A stretch of DNA of 32,158 nt from a virus (lineage: Duplodnaviria > Caudoviricetes). Positions 9,342-19,105 of this stretch are shown one piece after another. The notes under the pieces were generated by a model that searched no databases, was not told the DNA's origin, and saw nothing but the letters and a program-made list of their open reading frames with translations. Numbering within the stretch: the stretch's first letter is position 1; each line of letters starts with the position of its first letter. The stretch is from IMG/VR virus record IMGVR_UViG_3300037991_003406, positions 1 through 32,158 of that record; one strand, 5' to 3'. The position numbers and the translations under genes were made by a program.

Positions 9342-12300
9342 ATGCCAGAAATTAAAAATAATTTCACTGGAGCTAAAATGAATCAAGACCTTGATGAAAG
9401 ATTAGTTCCAAAAGGTGAATATAGAGAAGCTAATAATATAGATGTTAGTTCATCAGAAGAAGACAATGTTGGTGCTGTACAAAATGCTCATGGTAATATT
9501 GTAAAGTCAGCAACAGCAATTGCTGGCGCTACTTGTATAGGTTCGTACGTAAACAAAGAAGACAATACTATAATATGGTTTATAAAAGGTGATACTGTAG
9601 ATGCTATTGCTAAGTACAACCCAGAAACAGATGAAGTAACTCCTTTATTAGTTGATAAAGAAGAAGTTGGTGTTGATAGATTTTTAAAATTTAATACTAA
9701 TTATTTAATAACAGGTATAAATGTTATTGATGATTTATTATTTTGGACTGACAATTTAAATGAGCCTAGAAAACTAAATATAAATAGACATTACTCTCCT
9801 AATTTTACTTCTACAACGCTTTTTAAAGATGGTATTAATTTACAAGCAACTAAAAAATTCACAGAGCACGATATAACAGTTATCAAAAAATATCCTTTAG
9901 ATGCTCCTACAATAACGCTTTCAAGAAATTTAAGAGAAGGTAACACTCAAGGTAAAGCTCATACTCAAAAAAATACACATGGAGTATCTCCTACACAAAG
10001 ATCTGGCTTTAGTATAACAAACAAACATAATATATTTGCTAGAGGTAACGGGACACACTCTTCTCAAAAGAACTTAACAGAACACAATTATTTAGAACGA
10101 AACATATCTATAACTGTAGCTGAAAAAGCTAGTGATGTAATATGTTTTGACCCTACGGAGTCAGCTATTGTTGATAAACAAAGCACTTATATGAAGTGGC
10201 AAGCAGTTAGAAAAGGCATGAGAGTTAGAATATCTACTCATGCAACTAACTGGGCTGAACCAACAGAATCTTTTACAATAAAAGATGTTGATTATTTAAA
10301 CCATAGAATAACTTTAAATGGACATGTAAGGTCTACAAGTTTAATAACTGCAAATAGAAAAGTAAGAATAAACGATTGGTCTGAACCGTATAACAATGAA
10401 AACTTTTGGCAGTATAAAGATGCTACAAATCAAGTTTTAAATAAACCAAATGGTGTAAGTAGCGAGGTGTTTACTGAGACAGATGGTAATATATTATTAG
10501 ATGGTGGTTTATTAAACGATGGAACAGGTACTGATATTACTTTAGCTGTTAGTTCTGACTCTGATGCAAGTTGGACTAAAGGAGCTGCGGGTACTTACAC
10601 GTCTACAAACAGCACTGGATCAACTGTTTATTTAGAAGGTATAACACCTAGTTCTGGTGGTTTAATAAATGGCCATATATACAAAATAAATGTTAGTATA
10701 AATAGAACTGGAGGTTCTGGTGATATAGGATTTTCTTATGATGATGCTAGCTCTGCTGCCACAGGTATTGGTTATGAAGTTATACAAAATACTAATGGTA
10801 CAAAAAACTTTGACTATACTTTTAAATCAACTGGTAAACAGTTAAAAATATTTGCAGAGGCAAACACTACAGGTGTAATAACTATAAATAGTATATCTTG
10901 TATATCAGGGCCTAGACCTGTTGTTATAGAGCCTATTAATTTTTATGGCGATGTGGCTTATGAAAAAGGAGATATAGTTGAACTAACAACAAATATAGGT
11001 TCTTACGACGAAGACTTTGACTCTCAAGTAAAAGTAAGAGTAAAACTTTTAGAAGAAATAAAAGAGTTTTCAAATGTATCAAAAATACCTAAAACTCATG
11101 CTAAAGGTATTGGTGATGGCGTAACAGGTAATGACAAAGTGCAAAACGGTGATTTTAGCTCTACAACTGGTTGGAGCTCTTTTGGTGGTAGTACAGCTGC
11201 TTCTGAAGGTGATGCAATAACAACTAGCGCTACTGACGCTGCATTTTTCGTTACTGGTGGCGCTTTAACAAGTCCTAATACAGAGTGGGGTTATGCTGAA
11301 AACACTTTAAGTGAAGCTTTAGTTGCTGATGAGGTTTACAAAATGACTTATACTGTTACTACAGCTACTACTGGAGATAGTACAGACAAAGGTGTTTTGG
11401 CTTTATTATTAGGTACTTTTAGTGATGGGCAAAACCATTGTCCAGATGAAATATTTTTAGATACATACACTACTGGCTCAAAGACTGTTTACTGGAAACA
11501 AAGAGCTGTTGCTGACGGAGCATTAAGTCTTACTAAAATAAAACTTTATAACGACACTAGATGGAACGGTGTTATAGATGATATAGTAATTAAAAAAGCC
11601 ACTAACACTGAGTATAAAAAAGGCGGTCAAGTTGGATCTGCTTCTACTGGTGGTAGAAAAACATTTAACATACAGTTAATAAACAATGATCGAAATATAT
11701 CTTTTGTAACAGGTGATTCAAACGTTACTTGGACTTCACTAAGAGAACAGCCAGATCCTATATATGAACTTGAAATGCCAAGGTTTTGTTATAGATGGAA
11801 ATACTTAGATAATGAGTACTCTTCTTTCTCACCGTTTACAGAAATTGCTTTTTTACCTGAAGACTTTTTTGGTTATGAGTACGATGCTGAAACTGGGTAC
11901 AATAAAGCAATGTTTAATGATTTAAGAAAAATACAAATTAGTGGTTTCAGAAACAAACCTAAAGATGTTATTGAGCTAGAACTTTTAATAAAAAATTCTA
12001 ACTCTACAAATATATACATTGTTAAGAAATTTAAAAAAGGAGACTTAGACCATCTTTATAATGGAGGTAATATAACTATAACAAAAGAAGAAATAAAGTC
12101 TTTAGTTCCTGCAAATCAATTATTAAGGTCATATGACAATGTACCTAGAAAAGCAAAGTCTCAAGAAATAACTGCTAATAGGCTTATGTATGGTAACTAT
12201 GTTCAGCAGTATAATGTTCCAGATACTCCTTTAAAATTTAATGTTAGTTTAAAAACGCAAGATGTACTTGATAACAAGCCTAAAAAATCTATAAAATCTA

Positions 12301-15300
12301 TAAGAGATTATGAGGTTGGTGTTTCTTATTTAGATCAATACGGTAGACAAACTCCTATTTTTTCTGACGAAACTGGTGTTTTAAAGTTAACACAAGAACA
12401 AGCTGCTTCTGCAAACTCATTTGCTGTTGAAATTGATTCAAGAGCCCCAGACTGGGCTACACATTACAAGTATTATATTAAAGACCCTGCTTCTGAGTTT
12501 TACAATATCGCTATGGATAGATTTTATAACGCAGAAGAAGAAGAAAATGTTTGGATTTCTTTTCCATCTTCTGATACAAATAAAATTTCAGAAGGTGATT
12601 ATATAGTTCTTAAAAAAGCTCATGGTAAAAATGTAGCAGCAATAACAAACTTTACTTCAACTTTAAAATATAAAGTTTTAGACAAACAGTCTAACGCACC
12701 TGATTACATAAAATATAAAAAAGAGTCTATAGGTGTTAGTAATGATAATGTTACTTTTTCTTATGGACCTGCTATAGCAGATAGTGACAATACTACAGAA
12801 TTAAAAAATCAAAAATTTATTAAGCAAGGTAGCAATTATCCTTCGGTAGGTTTTAATAAATTTTCTATATCTGCAAAAGAACTTTCAAATGATACAGATT
12901 TGTTAGATTTATTTGAAACTTCTTGCGAAAAAAGTGGTGTGTTTTATGACTTTGAGGATAAATATGTTAAATTTAAGTCTTTGCAAGATGGTACTTGCTC
13001 AAACTATTACGAGCTTACAAAAATATATAAAAAATTATTTTTAAATAAGCTAGCGGCTGGTACTAATGTTTCTGGAGATGAAGGTTTTGTTAGAACTACA
13101 GTAGGTACCTTAACAACAAGCACAACAGTTAACGTTGCTTCTAGTACAAATATTTCTGTTGGTATGGCTGTTGTAACAGGCGATCCTCAAACTAGCAACA
13201 CTGCTTATGGTTTAAAAGTAACTGTAAAATCAATAACAAATTCAACTAGCGTAGTTTTAAGTGAAAAATTACCTAAGCTACAAGAAGGTCAAGATATATT
13301 TTTTAAAGATCTTTATGAGGCTTATATATTCGAAACAAAACAAACTTTTGGTAATGATATTAATTTTTTAGGCGAGTCACCAGTAAGTGCTATTAGAAGA
13401 TTAACAGATAATAATGCCTTTACAGAAAACTCTACAGTAATAACAAATCCACAAGATTTAAAGTTTACATGTGAGTTTTACAAACAAACACAAGATGGTT
13501 ATGGTGATGAGTTTAAAGGTAAGTTTTTTATAAAAATAAAAAGAGATGATGTGTTAAATGCAAACATATCTGAAACTTCTTCGGTAACCAATACTTGGAA
13601 AAGTAAAACATCTTCTACTGCTACTTGGGCTCATAGTTGGTTAAATGACAACGCTTCTGGTAATCATGCAAATGTAATATCTTATAGTGATGAAACTGAT
13701 CCAGATCATCATGGTGCAGGTATTATATTAGAAGATTTATTAGGCATAAGTTTTCCCCAAACACCACAATCTAGTAACGACAAGTTTAATACTCATGGAC
13801 TAACCTTTATGATTAATGGTAATTTAAAAGTTACTAACTTCGCAAGTGATGGTGTTAGAATAAAAGGTACCACAGAAGGTTTTAAAAAAGGATCTTTAAA
13901 TGCTTACACTAAAGACAATTATTGGATAACAGGTTATAATGGTGCTAATACAGATGGTACAAGTTATAATCCATCAATGTGTATTGATAGTTCTTTAAGC
14001 TGGACTAGCGTTACTTATGAAATACCTGGGGTTGATGGTGTACATAAAGGCTCAACTCAACAATACACAGCGCCAAGAAGAGGTCAAGGTTTTGTTGTTG
14101 GTAATACAATATGTTCTTTTAAGTTTTTTGGAATAACATCTTTTGACAATACTATTTCTACTTTAGGTGATAAGTATGGTATGTATAATTATCTTACAAA
14201 AAGAGGTACTCAATTTAGGATAATTGATGACCCTACAAACACTGTTTACACTATAGTAAACGTTAGGTATAAAGGTGGTGTTTATAATAATCATGCAGGG
14301 CCTGTAGGTTACTATGCGACTGGTCAAACTTTTGGTAGATTTACAGATGGATTTGGATCTGGATCTTTAACACCAGGTACTGATGGCGTAAAGTGGAGTA
14401 ATAAATCAGTTTTTAGTAGTGGCGACCTCAACAATGTTGCAGATGCTTTTTCATTTGTTGCTATTGGCAACGAGGCTTATTACAATCAAGCTTTAGTAGT
14501 AGATATTCAACTTAACAAAGCTATTAAGTGGAGTCCTTGTGATGCTTCAACTACTTTTGCTAGCGGTAGAGCTGCTATAACACCAATGGCATTAACGTGT
14601 GCTAACGCTACTTTTGGAACTGATACTGGTAGTATATCTGATGCTGATACTAAAGCCAATACAGTGAATCATGACCAAAACAAATGTACAATATCTATAT
14701 GTGGCCTTGACACTGGCGATGAAACTTTTACTACTGACAACCCTGCTGTGTTTGAAGTTTTACCAAAAGAAAAAGCAGACTTAAACTTGTTTTACGAAAC
14801 ACCTACGACAGGTATAATTTTAAGAGATGGTATGTTTATTAGACTTGCTGATACAAGTATTACTAATAGTCCTTTTAAAAGTACAGCAACTATATCAGTG
14901 TCTACAACAAATAGCACTTCATATAATAAATTTCAAGTTGATCCACAACATATGAATAGACTTGCAGCCGCTGGTACTGAAGTTGAAATAGGTATAAAAG
15001 ATGCTAATGACGATGTAGTATACAGTCAGGTGTTTAAGTTACAAGAAAACATAGTTGCGTCGCCAAATTCTACAACATCAACAGTTAGCGGTCAATTTTT
15101 CTCATCAAAAGGTGTAGCAACTTCCGGAACATACACGTTACCTCCAGTGGTTTTAAATTGGCATAATTGTTTTAGCTTTGGTAATGGTGTTGAGTCTAAT
15201 AGATTATTTGATGACTATAATGCTGTATTTATGGATAAAGGCCCTGTAGTATCAACAATACTAGAAGAGGCTTATGAAGAAGATCATAGAAAATACTCTA

Positions 15301-16619
15301 TGATTTATTCAGGTATATATAATGAAACTAGTGGTGTTAATAGACTAAATCAATTTATACAAGCAGAAAAAATAACAAAAGACTTAAACCCTGATTATGG
15401 TAGTATACAAAAACTATTTACTAGAAACACAAATGTAGTAGTTTTGTGCGAAGATAAAACGTTAAAAGTTTTAGCAAACAAAGATGCGTTGTTTAATGCC
15501 GATGGTAACCCACAATTAGTTGCTACAAATAAAGTTTTAGGACAAACAATACCTTTTGCAGGTGAATACGGTATATCAACAAACCCAGAGTCTTTTGCTA
15601 ATTTTGGTTACAGATTATATTATGCTGATAAAAAAAGAAACGCTGTTTTAAGACTTTCTGGAGATGGTATAACTAATATAGCGGCTAAAGGTATGTCAGA
15701 CTTTTTTAAAGACAACCTAAACAACTCTACAACTGTTCTAGGTGGATATGACGTTAGTAAAGATCTGTATAATATAACTTTAAATGGAAAAACTGTTAGT
15801 TTTACAGAAAAAGTAAACGGTTGGACTAGTTTTAAAAGCTTTATACCAGAAAGTAGTGTTTCTGTAGCTGGAAACTACTATAGCTTTGCTAAAGATAATA
15901 ATGATAGATGTGAGCTTTGGCTTCATGGTAGTAATTTAACAAGAAATAATTTTTATGGAACTCAATACGATTCTTCTGTTAAGTTTATATTTAATGACGC
16001 ACCTGGCTCGGTAAAATCATTTAAGTCTTTAAATTATGAAGGTACTACTGGTTGGGAAGCTTCTGCTATATCTACTGAAAACGAAAGTGGCACAATACCT
16101 AGTTTTGTAGAAAAAGAAGGTAAATATTTTAGTTTTATACAAGGTGATGATCACGATGTCGCTAATTTAAAAATTGATTCGTTTACAGTACAAGGTTTAG
16201 GCACACCATCAGCTGTTGACATAACTTCTTACACAAAGTTTTACACTCACACAGTAACAGCTGTTGATATAGCAACAAACGTAGCTCCTAAAAAATGGAA
16301 TTTAAATAATAGTTCTTCAGATGCTTCAAGTACAGACTTAACAGTTTCATTTAATGATGACGCAGGTTCGATGGCATCGACACAGACTGCTGACTTTTAT
16401 GTACACCCAAAAGTAGTTAATGGTATACAGTGGGCTGTTTCTTACACTGACTTTGCAGTTAGCATTACAAACACAAGCGGTATAACAGCTAGTGCAGCCG
16501 TAACTCAAGATGGTACAAAAGTAAAAATAAGAGTATCTTACAGCGGTACTTTTCCTAGTAGTAACAGTTCTTCCACTATTACAATAACAAGTGGTAGTGC
16601 ATATCAAACACAACAATAA
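9342..16619 (+). CDS. Tail stabilisation / muzzle (nozzle) protein with multiple inserted domains, 2425 aa
   Basis: N-terminal KNNFTGAKMNQDLDERLVPKGEYREANNI, LFWTDNLNEPRKLNI, RFCYRWKYLDNEYS, NRLMYGNY, NCFSFGNGVESNR and GEYGISTNPESFA, hallmarks of crAss-like muzzle (P22 gp10-like) proteins. Confidence 0.82.
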   Translation: MPEIKNNFTGAKMNQDLDERLVPKGEYREANNIDVSSSEEDNVGAVQNAHGNIVKSATAIAGATCIGSYVNKEDNTIIWFIKGDTVDAIAKYNPETDEVTPLLVDKEEVGVDRFLKFNTNYLITGINVIDDLLFWTDNLNEPRKLNINRHYSPNFTSTTLFKDGINLQATKKFTEHDITVIKKYPLDAPTITLSRNLREGNTQGKAHTQKNTHGVSPTQRSGFSITNKHNIFARGNGTHSSQKNLTEHNYLERNISITVAEKASDVICFDPTESAIVDKQSTYMKWQAVRKGMRVRISTHATNWAEPTESFTIKDVDYLNHRITLNGHVRSTSLITANRKVRINDWSEPYNNENFWQYKDATNQVLNKPNGVSSEVFTETDGNILLDGGLLNDGTGTDITLAVSSDSDASWTKGAAGTYTSTNSTGSTVYLEGITPSSGGLINGHIYKINVSINRTGGSGDIGFSYDDASSAATGIGYEVIQNTNGTKNFDYTFKSTGKQLKIFAEANTTGVITINSISCISGPRPVVIEPINFYGDVAYEKGDIVELTTNIGSYDEDFDSQVKVRVKLLEEIKEFSNVSKIPKTHAKGIGDGVTGNDKVQNGDFSSTTGWSSFGGSTAASEGDAITTSATDAAFFVTGGALTSPNTEWGYAENTLSEALVADEVYKMTYTVTTATTGDSTDKGVLALLLGTFSDGQNHCPDEIFLDTYTTGSKTVYWKQRAVADGALSLTKIKLYNDTRWNGVIDDIVIKKATNTEYKKGGQVGSASTGGRKTFNIQLINNDRNISFVTGDSNVTWTSLREQPDPIYELEMPRFCYRWKYLDNEYSSFSPFTEIAFLPEDFFGYEYDAETGYNKAMFNDLRKIQISGFRNKPKDVIELELLIKNSNSTNIYIVKKFKKGDLDHLYNGGNITITKEEIKSLVPANQLLRSYDNVPRKAKSQEITANRLMYGNYVQQYNVPDTPLKFNVSLKTQDVLDNKPKKSIKSIRDYEVGVSYLDQYGRQTPIFSDETGVLKLTQEQAASANSFAVEIDSRAPDWATHYKYYIKDPASEFYNIAMDRFYNAEEEENVWISFPSSDTNKISEGDYIVLKKAHGKNVAAITNFTSTLKYKVLDKQSNAPDYIKYKKESIGVSNDNVTFSYGPAIADSDNTTELKNQKFIKQGSNYPSVGFNKFSISAKELSNDTDLLDLFETSCEKSGVFYDFEDKYVKFKSLQDGTCSNYYELTKIYKKLFLNKLAAGTNVSGDEGFVRTTVGTLTTSTTVNVASSTNISVGMAVVTGDPQTSNTAYGLKVTVKSITNSTSVVLSEKLPKLQEGQDIFFKDLYEAYIFETKQTFGNDINFLGESPVSAIRRLTDNNAFTENSTVITNPQDLKFTCEFYKQTQDGYGDEFKGKFFIKIKRDDVLNANISETSSVTNTWKSKTSSTATWAHSWLNDNASGNHANVISYSDETDPDHHGAGIILEDLLGISFPQTPQSSNDKFNTHGLTFMINGNLKVTNFASDGVRIKGTTEGFKKGSLNAYTKDNYWITGYNGANTDGTSYNPSMCIDSSLSWTSVTYEIPGVDGVHKGSTQQYTAPRRGQGFVVGNTICSFKFFGITSFDNTISTLGDKYGMYNYLTKRGTQFRIIDDPTNTVYTIVNVRYKGGVYNNHAGPVGYYATGQTFGRFTDGFGSGSLTPGTDGVKWSNKSVFSSGDLNNVADAFSFVAIGNEAYYNQALVVDIQLNKAIKWSPCDASTTFASGRAAITPMALTCANATFGTDTGSISDADTKANTVNHDQNKCTISICGLDTGDETFTTDNPAVFEVLPKEKADLNLFYETPTTGIILRDGMFIRLADTSITNSPFKSTATISVSTTNSTSYNKFQVDPQHMNRLAAAGTEVEIGIKDANDDVVYSQVFKLQENIVASPNSTTSTVSGQFFSSKGVATSGTYTLPPVVLNWHNCFSFGNGVESNRLFDDYNAVFMDKGPVVSTILEEAYEEDHRKYSMIYSGIYNETSGVNRLNQFIQAEKITKDLNPDYGSIQKLFTRNTNVVVLCEDKTLKVLANKDALFNADGNPQLVATNKVLGQTIPFAGEYGISTNPESFANFGYRLYYADKKRNAVLRLSGDGITNIAAKGMSDFFKDNLNNSTTVLGGYDVSKDLYNITLNGKTVSFTEKVNGWTSFKSFIPESSVSVAGNYYSFAKDNNDRCELWLHGSNLTRNNFYGTQYDSSVKFIFNDAPGSVKSFKSLNYEGTTGWEASAISTENESGTIPSFVEKEGKYFSFIQGDDHDVANLKIDSFTVQGLGTPSAVDITSYTKFYTHTVTAVDIATNVAPKKWNLNNSSSDASSTDLTVSFNDDAGSMASTQTADFYVHPKVVNGIQWAVSYTDFAVSITNTSGITASAAVTQDGTKVKIRVSYSGTFPSSNSSSTITITSGSAYQTQQ

Positions 16620-16622
16620 AAT

Positions 16623-17906
16623 ATGGCAGGTAAAATAAACACATTAATAAAAGGTTGTACTCTTACTCAAACTACAACTAGCACTTCAGTTGCTTCTAGT
16701 TCTAGCTCTACAATTTTATTTGTTACTTTAAATAGTCAAATAAGAGCAGGTATGCAAGTTAGTTATACTAGTTCACCTGCTGGTCTTTTAGTAAGTTCTG
16801 TTGTTGAAGAGTTTGTTGGTAATGATAGAAGAACAAAAGTTACTTTAAATACAGCACAGTCAATAAGCAATAGTGTTGAAATAACTTTTACAGCTACAGA
16901 TGCTGTTTTTACAAACACAGGTAGATACAAAGATACTAGTACATTTAAATTAACTATAACTAGAGAAGAAGAAATGATTTTATCACCAGCTCCTTCTATA
17001 GATTTTTCTAATGTAAATAGTCCTAACGATTATTTTGTAGCCGTAACAGATACTGAAAGCTCAAATAATTTAATAACAAGAGTTTATACAATAACTCATA
17101 CGGTGCCATTAAGAACTAGCACTGATGATGATATTATAACTGTTTTGTGTGAAGCTAGTCAAGATAAAACTGCTGGTACAACTAAAATATATGGTTATGA
17201 TTTAATTGAAAAATTACCTGGAACAAATTGGAGCCAAGCTACTAATCAAGCTGTTTCTGATAGAAATAATTTAAAAACAAATACTTTTTCAAGTTTAAGA
17301 AAAATTAATAAAAGAAAAGATAATAGACTTTTAATTGTATACGGTGATCCTGGAGCAACGTTAACAGTTGCCGCTGTTTCTAACACTGTTACAGGCACAA
17401 CACAAGGTAGCACTTCTGGCAATACAGTTACTGTAGCTTCAAATCAATCTGCTAACATATTAGTTGGTTCTTTAGTTACTGGCACTGGTATAACAGCAGG
17501 AGATACAGTCGTAGACGTAAACACAAGTACACATGTAGTAACTTTATCTTCTGCTAGAACTGTTGGTTCTGGAGTGACTTTAAGCTTTATATCTTCTTTA
17601 ATCGCTTCTGCTACAAAAACAATAGGTACTACAGGTATTTACTCTGAAGAAGTTAGTTTTCCAAAAAACACAACAGCAGAAGATTTAACTTATACTTTTA
17701 CTTTAACAGAAATAGGCACTGATACATTTGTAGATATAGACTCGCCTTTAACTTTTACAGTAAAAAGTAGCGCAACAGCTATACCAACTTCTGTTGTATC
17801 TTTACAACCTAAAAGAACAAAAATAGAAACAGAATCACAACCTACAGTAACTTTTTACGCTAATAGAAACGAAGCGGCTGCTGCACCTGGTGTAGGGGCT
17901 GAATAA
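16623..17906 (+). CDS. Thr/Ser-rich beta-structured tail accessory protein, 427 aa
   Basis: Intact ORF, beta-strand-rich composition, two copies of a small barrel-like module (IRAGMQV..., ILVGSLVTGTGI...). Confidence 0.55.
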   Translation: MAGKINTLIKGCTLTQTTTSTSVASSSSSTILFVTLNSQIRAGMQVSYTSSPAGLLVSSVVEEFVGNDRRTKVTLNTAQSISNSVEITFTATDAVFTNTGRYKDTSTFKLTITREEEMILSPAPSIDFSNVNSPNDYFVAVTDTESSNNLITRVYTITHTVPLRTSTDDDIITVLCEASQDKTAGTTKIYGYDLIEKLPGTNWSQATNQAVSDRNNLKTNTFSSLRKINKRKDNRLLIVYGDPGATLTVAAVSNTVTGTTQGSTSGNTVTVASNQSANILVGSLVTGTGITAGDTVVDVNTSTHVVTLSSARTVGSGVTLSFISSLIASATKTIGTTGIYSEEVSFPKNTTAEDLTYTFTLTEIGTDTFVDIDSPLTFTVKSSATAIPTSVVSLQPKRTKIETESQPTVTFYANRNEAAAAPGVGAE

Positions 17907-17917
17907 ATAAAATATAT

Positions 17918-18277
17918 ATGGCAACAATAACTATTACATTTGCAAATAAAGTAAACACTTCTTTACAAGCTTTGTCTAACACAGCCTCTAGAGATAATGT
18001 TTATTTTAAAGATACAGCTAATAATATACATTTTGTAGGTGAGTGTACAGCTATATCTACAGATAAAAAAACTATAACTGTAGATGTAGGGTCAGGTACA
18101 ACTAGACAAACGCCTACAACTAGTGATTTTGTATTTTTTGGAAAAAACAATAAGATTAATAGTTCAGCTTTGTTAGGTTACTATGCTGAGGTTACCATGA
18201 AAACTCTTTCAGATTTCCGAACTACTGAAATGGAACTTTTTAGCGTAGGAGCTAATATATCTGAAAGTAGTAAATAA
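17918..18277 (+). CDS. Small tail protein resembling the C-terminal segment of muzzle proteins, 119 aa
   Basis: NTSLQ...VYF and FFGKNNKINSSALLGYYAEVTM...ELFSVGANISESSK resemble the terminal strands I recall from crAss-like stabilisation proteins. Confidence 0.55.
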   Translation: MATITITFANKVNTSLQALSNTASRDNVYFKDTANNIHFVGECTAISTDKKTITVDVGSGTTRQTPTTSDFVFFGKNNKINSSALLGYYAEVTMKTLSDFRTTEMELFSVGANISESSK

Positions 18278-18316
18278 TACATATAAGGTGTAATTATAAT
18301 AAAATAAGACAAAATA

Positions 18317-19105
18317 ATGATAGAATACATAGAATATATACCTCAAGTTGAGCAAGCTATACTACCACTTTTAACAGCTGTTGGTGGTTTAGCTCAAGTT
18401 GGTATGAGTCTTGCTCAAAGAAACAAACTACAAAGTCAACAACAAGAGGCGCAAGATGCTTTTGATGCTCAGAAAAAAATATATCAAGGTTTAGATACCA
18501 GTAATGTGTACGGTAATGTTAGAAATAGATTTCAAAATCTTGGAAACGCGTATGAAGGGGTTGAAAATGCTTTTGAAGATTTAACAGTAAATACACAAGC
18601 GGCAGAGTTTGCGGCGCAACAATCACAACAGTCGGCAGCTAATATATTACAAGACATGTCTGGTGCAGCTGGAGGTAGTGGTATTGGCGCTTTAGCTCAA
18701 GCACTAGCAAATCAACAAACACAAGCTGCTCAACAAGCTTCAGCTTCAATAGGTCAACAAGAAGCTAGAAACCAAATGCAAGCCGCTAGCGCACAGTCTA
18801 AAATTGATTTAATGACAGCGCAACAAGCTAATCAAAACGCGTTAATGACTGCTAAAGGTTTTGCTGATACAGATAAATTAAGAGCTGAAGGTGCTTATAG
18901 ATCACAACAAGCAGAGGCTCAAAAACAATCTACTTTACTAGGTATGGATGCTTCACAGCTAGCAAATGCTAATCAAGCTATGGCTCAAAACACTGCTGCT
19001 ATAGCTGGTGGTATAGGTAGTGTTCTTGGAGGTTTAGCAGGTGGTTTTGGAGTTGATGGTAAATTTGATTTTGCAAACATGACTAAAATGATAAAACGAA
19101 ACTAA
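18317..19105 (+). CDS. Putative ejection/DNA-pilot protein 1 (Ala/Gln-rich), 262 aa
   Basis: Gly/Ala-rich hydrophobic segments at both ends flanking a Gln/Ala coiled coil; first of three genes of increasing size after the tail genes, as in T7 gp14-16 and P22 gp7/20/16. Confidence 0.62.
   Translation: MIEYIEYIPQVEQAILPLLTAVGGLAQVGMSLAQRNKLQSQQQEAQDAFDAQKKIYQGLDTSNVYGNVRNRFQNLGNAYEGVENAFEDLTVNTQAAEFAAQQSQQSAANILQDMSGAAGGSGIGALAQALANQQTQAAQQASASIGQQEARNQMQAASAQSKIDLMTAQQANQNALMTAKGFADTDKLRAEGAYRSQQAEAQKQSTLLGMDASQLANANQAMAQNTAAIAGGIGSVLGGLAGGFGVDGKFDFANMTKMIKRN

Noticed and set aside
15159-15170. W-H-N-C in the muzzle as an intein C-terminal splice junction
   Set aside because: It is part of the conserved NCFSFGNGVES muzzle motif; no intein N-terminal block or LAGLIDADG motifs are seen upstream.
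18288-18300. GTGTAATTATAAT upstream of the ejection cassette as a promoter
   Set aside because: Plausible location, but a single instance in AT-rich DNA with no -35 or Bacteroidota TAnnTTTG element; cannot be supported from this window alone.
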